Shown in pieces: positions 47,455-47,600 of a stretch of 47,600 nucleotides of DNA. A program made the position numbers and the translations under genes. The notes under the pieces are model-generated. The model did no database searches and had not been told where the DNA came from. It saw only the letters and a list, made by a program, of their open reading frames with translations. This DNA is from Chiloscyllium plagiosum. Its lineage: Eukaryota. The number at the start of each line of letters is the position of its first letter. Positions within the stretch are counted from its first letter, which is position 1. The stretch covers positions 36,868,600 to 36,916,199 of the forward strand of contig NC_057718.1 in NCBI RefSeq assembly GCF_004010195.1, read 5' to 3'.

Positions 47455-47600
47455 GAGGAGAAAGTGAGGTCTGCAGATGCTGGAGATCAGAGCTGGAAAT
47501 GTGTTGCTGGAAAAGCGCAGCAGGTCAGACAGCATCCAGGGAACAGGAGAATCGACGTTTCGGGCATAAGCCCTTCTTCAGGAATGGGGAAAGTTTGTCC
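47455..47600 (-). mobile_element. Young PLE 3' end running off the window
   Basis: Near-identical to the reverse complement of 10970-11111, CpGs retained. Confidence 0.9.
47549..47586 (-). ncRNA. Best-preserved minimal hammerhead-like motif
   Basis: Minus strand CATTC-CTGAAGA-A-GGGC-TTAT-GCCC-GAAA-CGTC-GATTC. Confidence 0.6.

Noticed and set aside
46685..47600. Three nearby near-identical repeats as a CRISPR-like or tandem array
   Set aside because: Unequal lengths and spacing; two have their own flanking duplications, so they are independent PLE insertions in eukaryotic DNA.

Overview
This is vertebrate, repeat-rich, essentially non-coding DNA. The repeat families (HE1-type V-SINEs, Deu-domain SINEs, CR1, CR1/L2-group, RTE and L1 LINEs, Gypsy LTR remnants, abundant Penelope-like element (PLE) ends) are those of cartilaginous fishes; a carpet shark is likely, but that is inferred from recalled repeat consensus sequences. 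I could not recognise a host protein-coding gene. The ORFs I could identify are decayed retroelement fragments or antisense reads of repeats. Most interesting signals: (i) three PLE-derived families carrying a minimal hammerhead-ribozyme core (CUGAnGA-helix II-GAAA-CGUH) whose helix II changes sequence but keeps pairing; (ii) palindromic PLE-derived elements that place two such cores back-to-back, one nested inside another; (iii) three 61-125 bp PLE micro-insertions with 13-15 bp flanking duplications; (iv) a CpG-retaining unique kilobase with a candidate exon, next to a textbook CTCF motif; (v) two diverged LTR-like direct repeats flanking an env-like remnant. All alignments were done by eye, and element boundaries are approximate unless a target-site duplication (TSD) is given.
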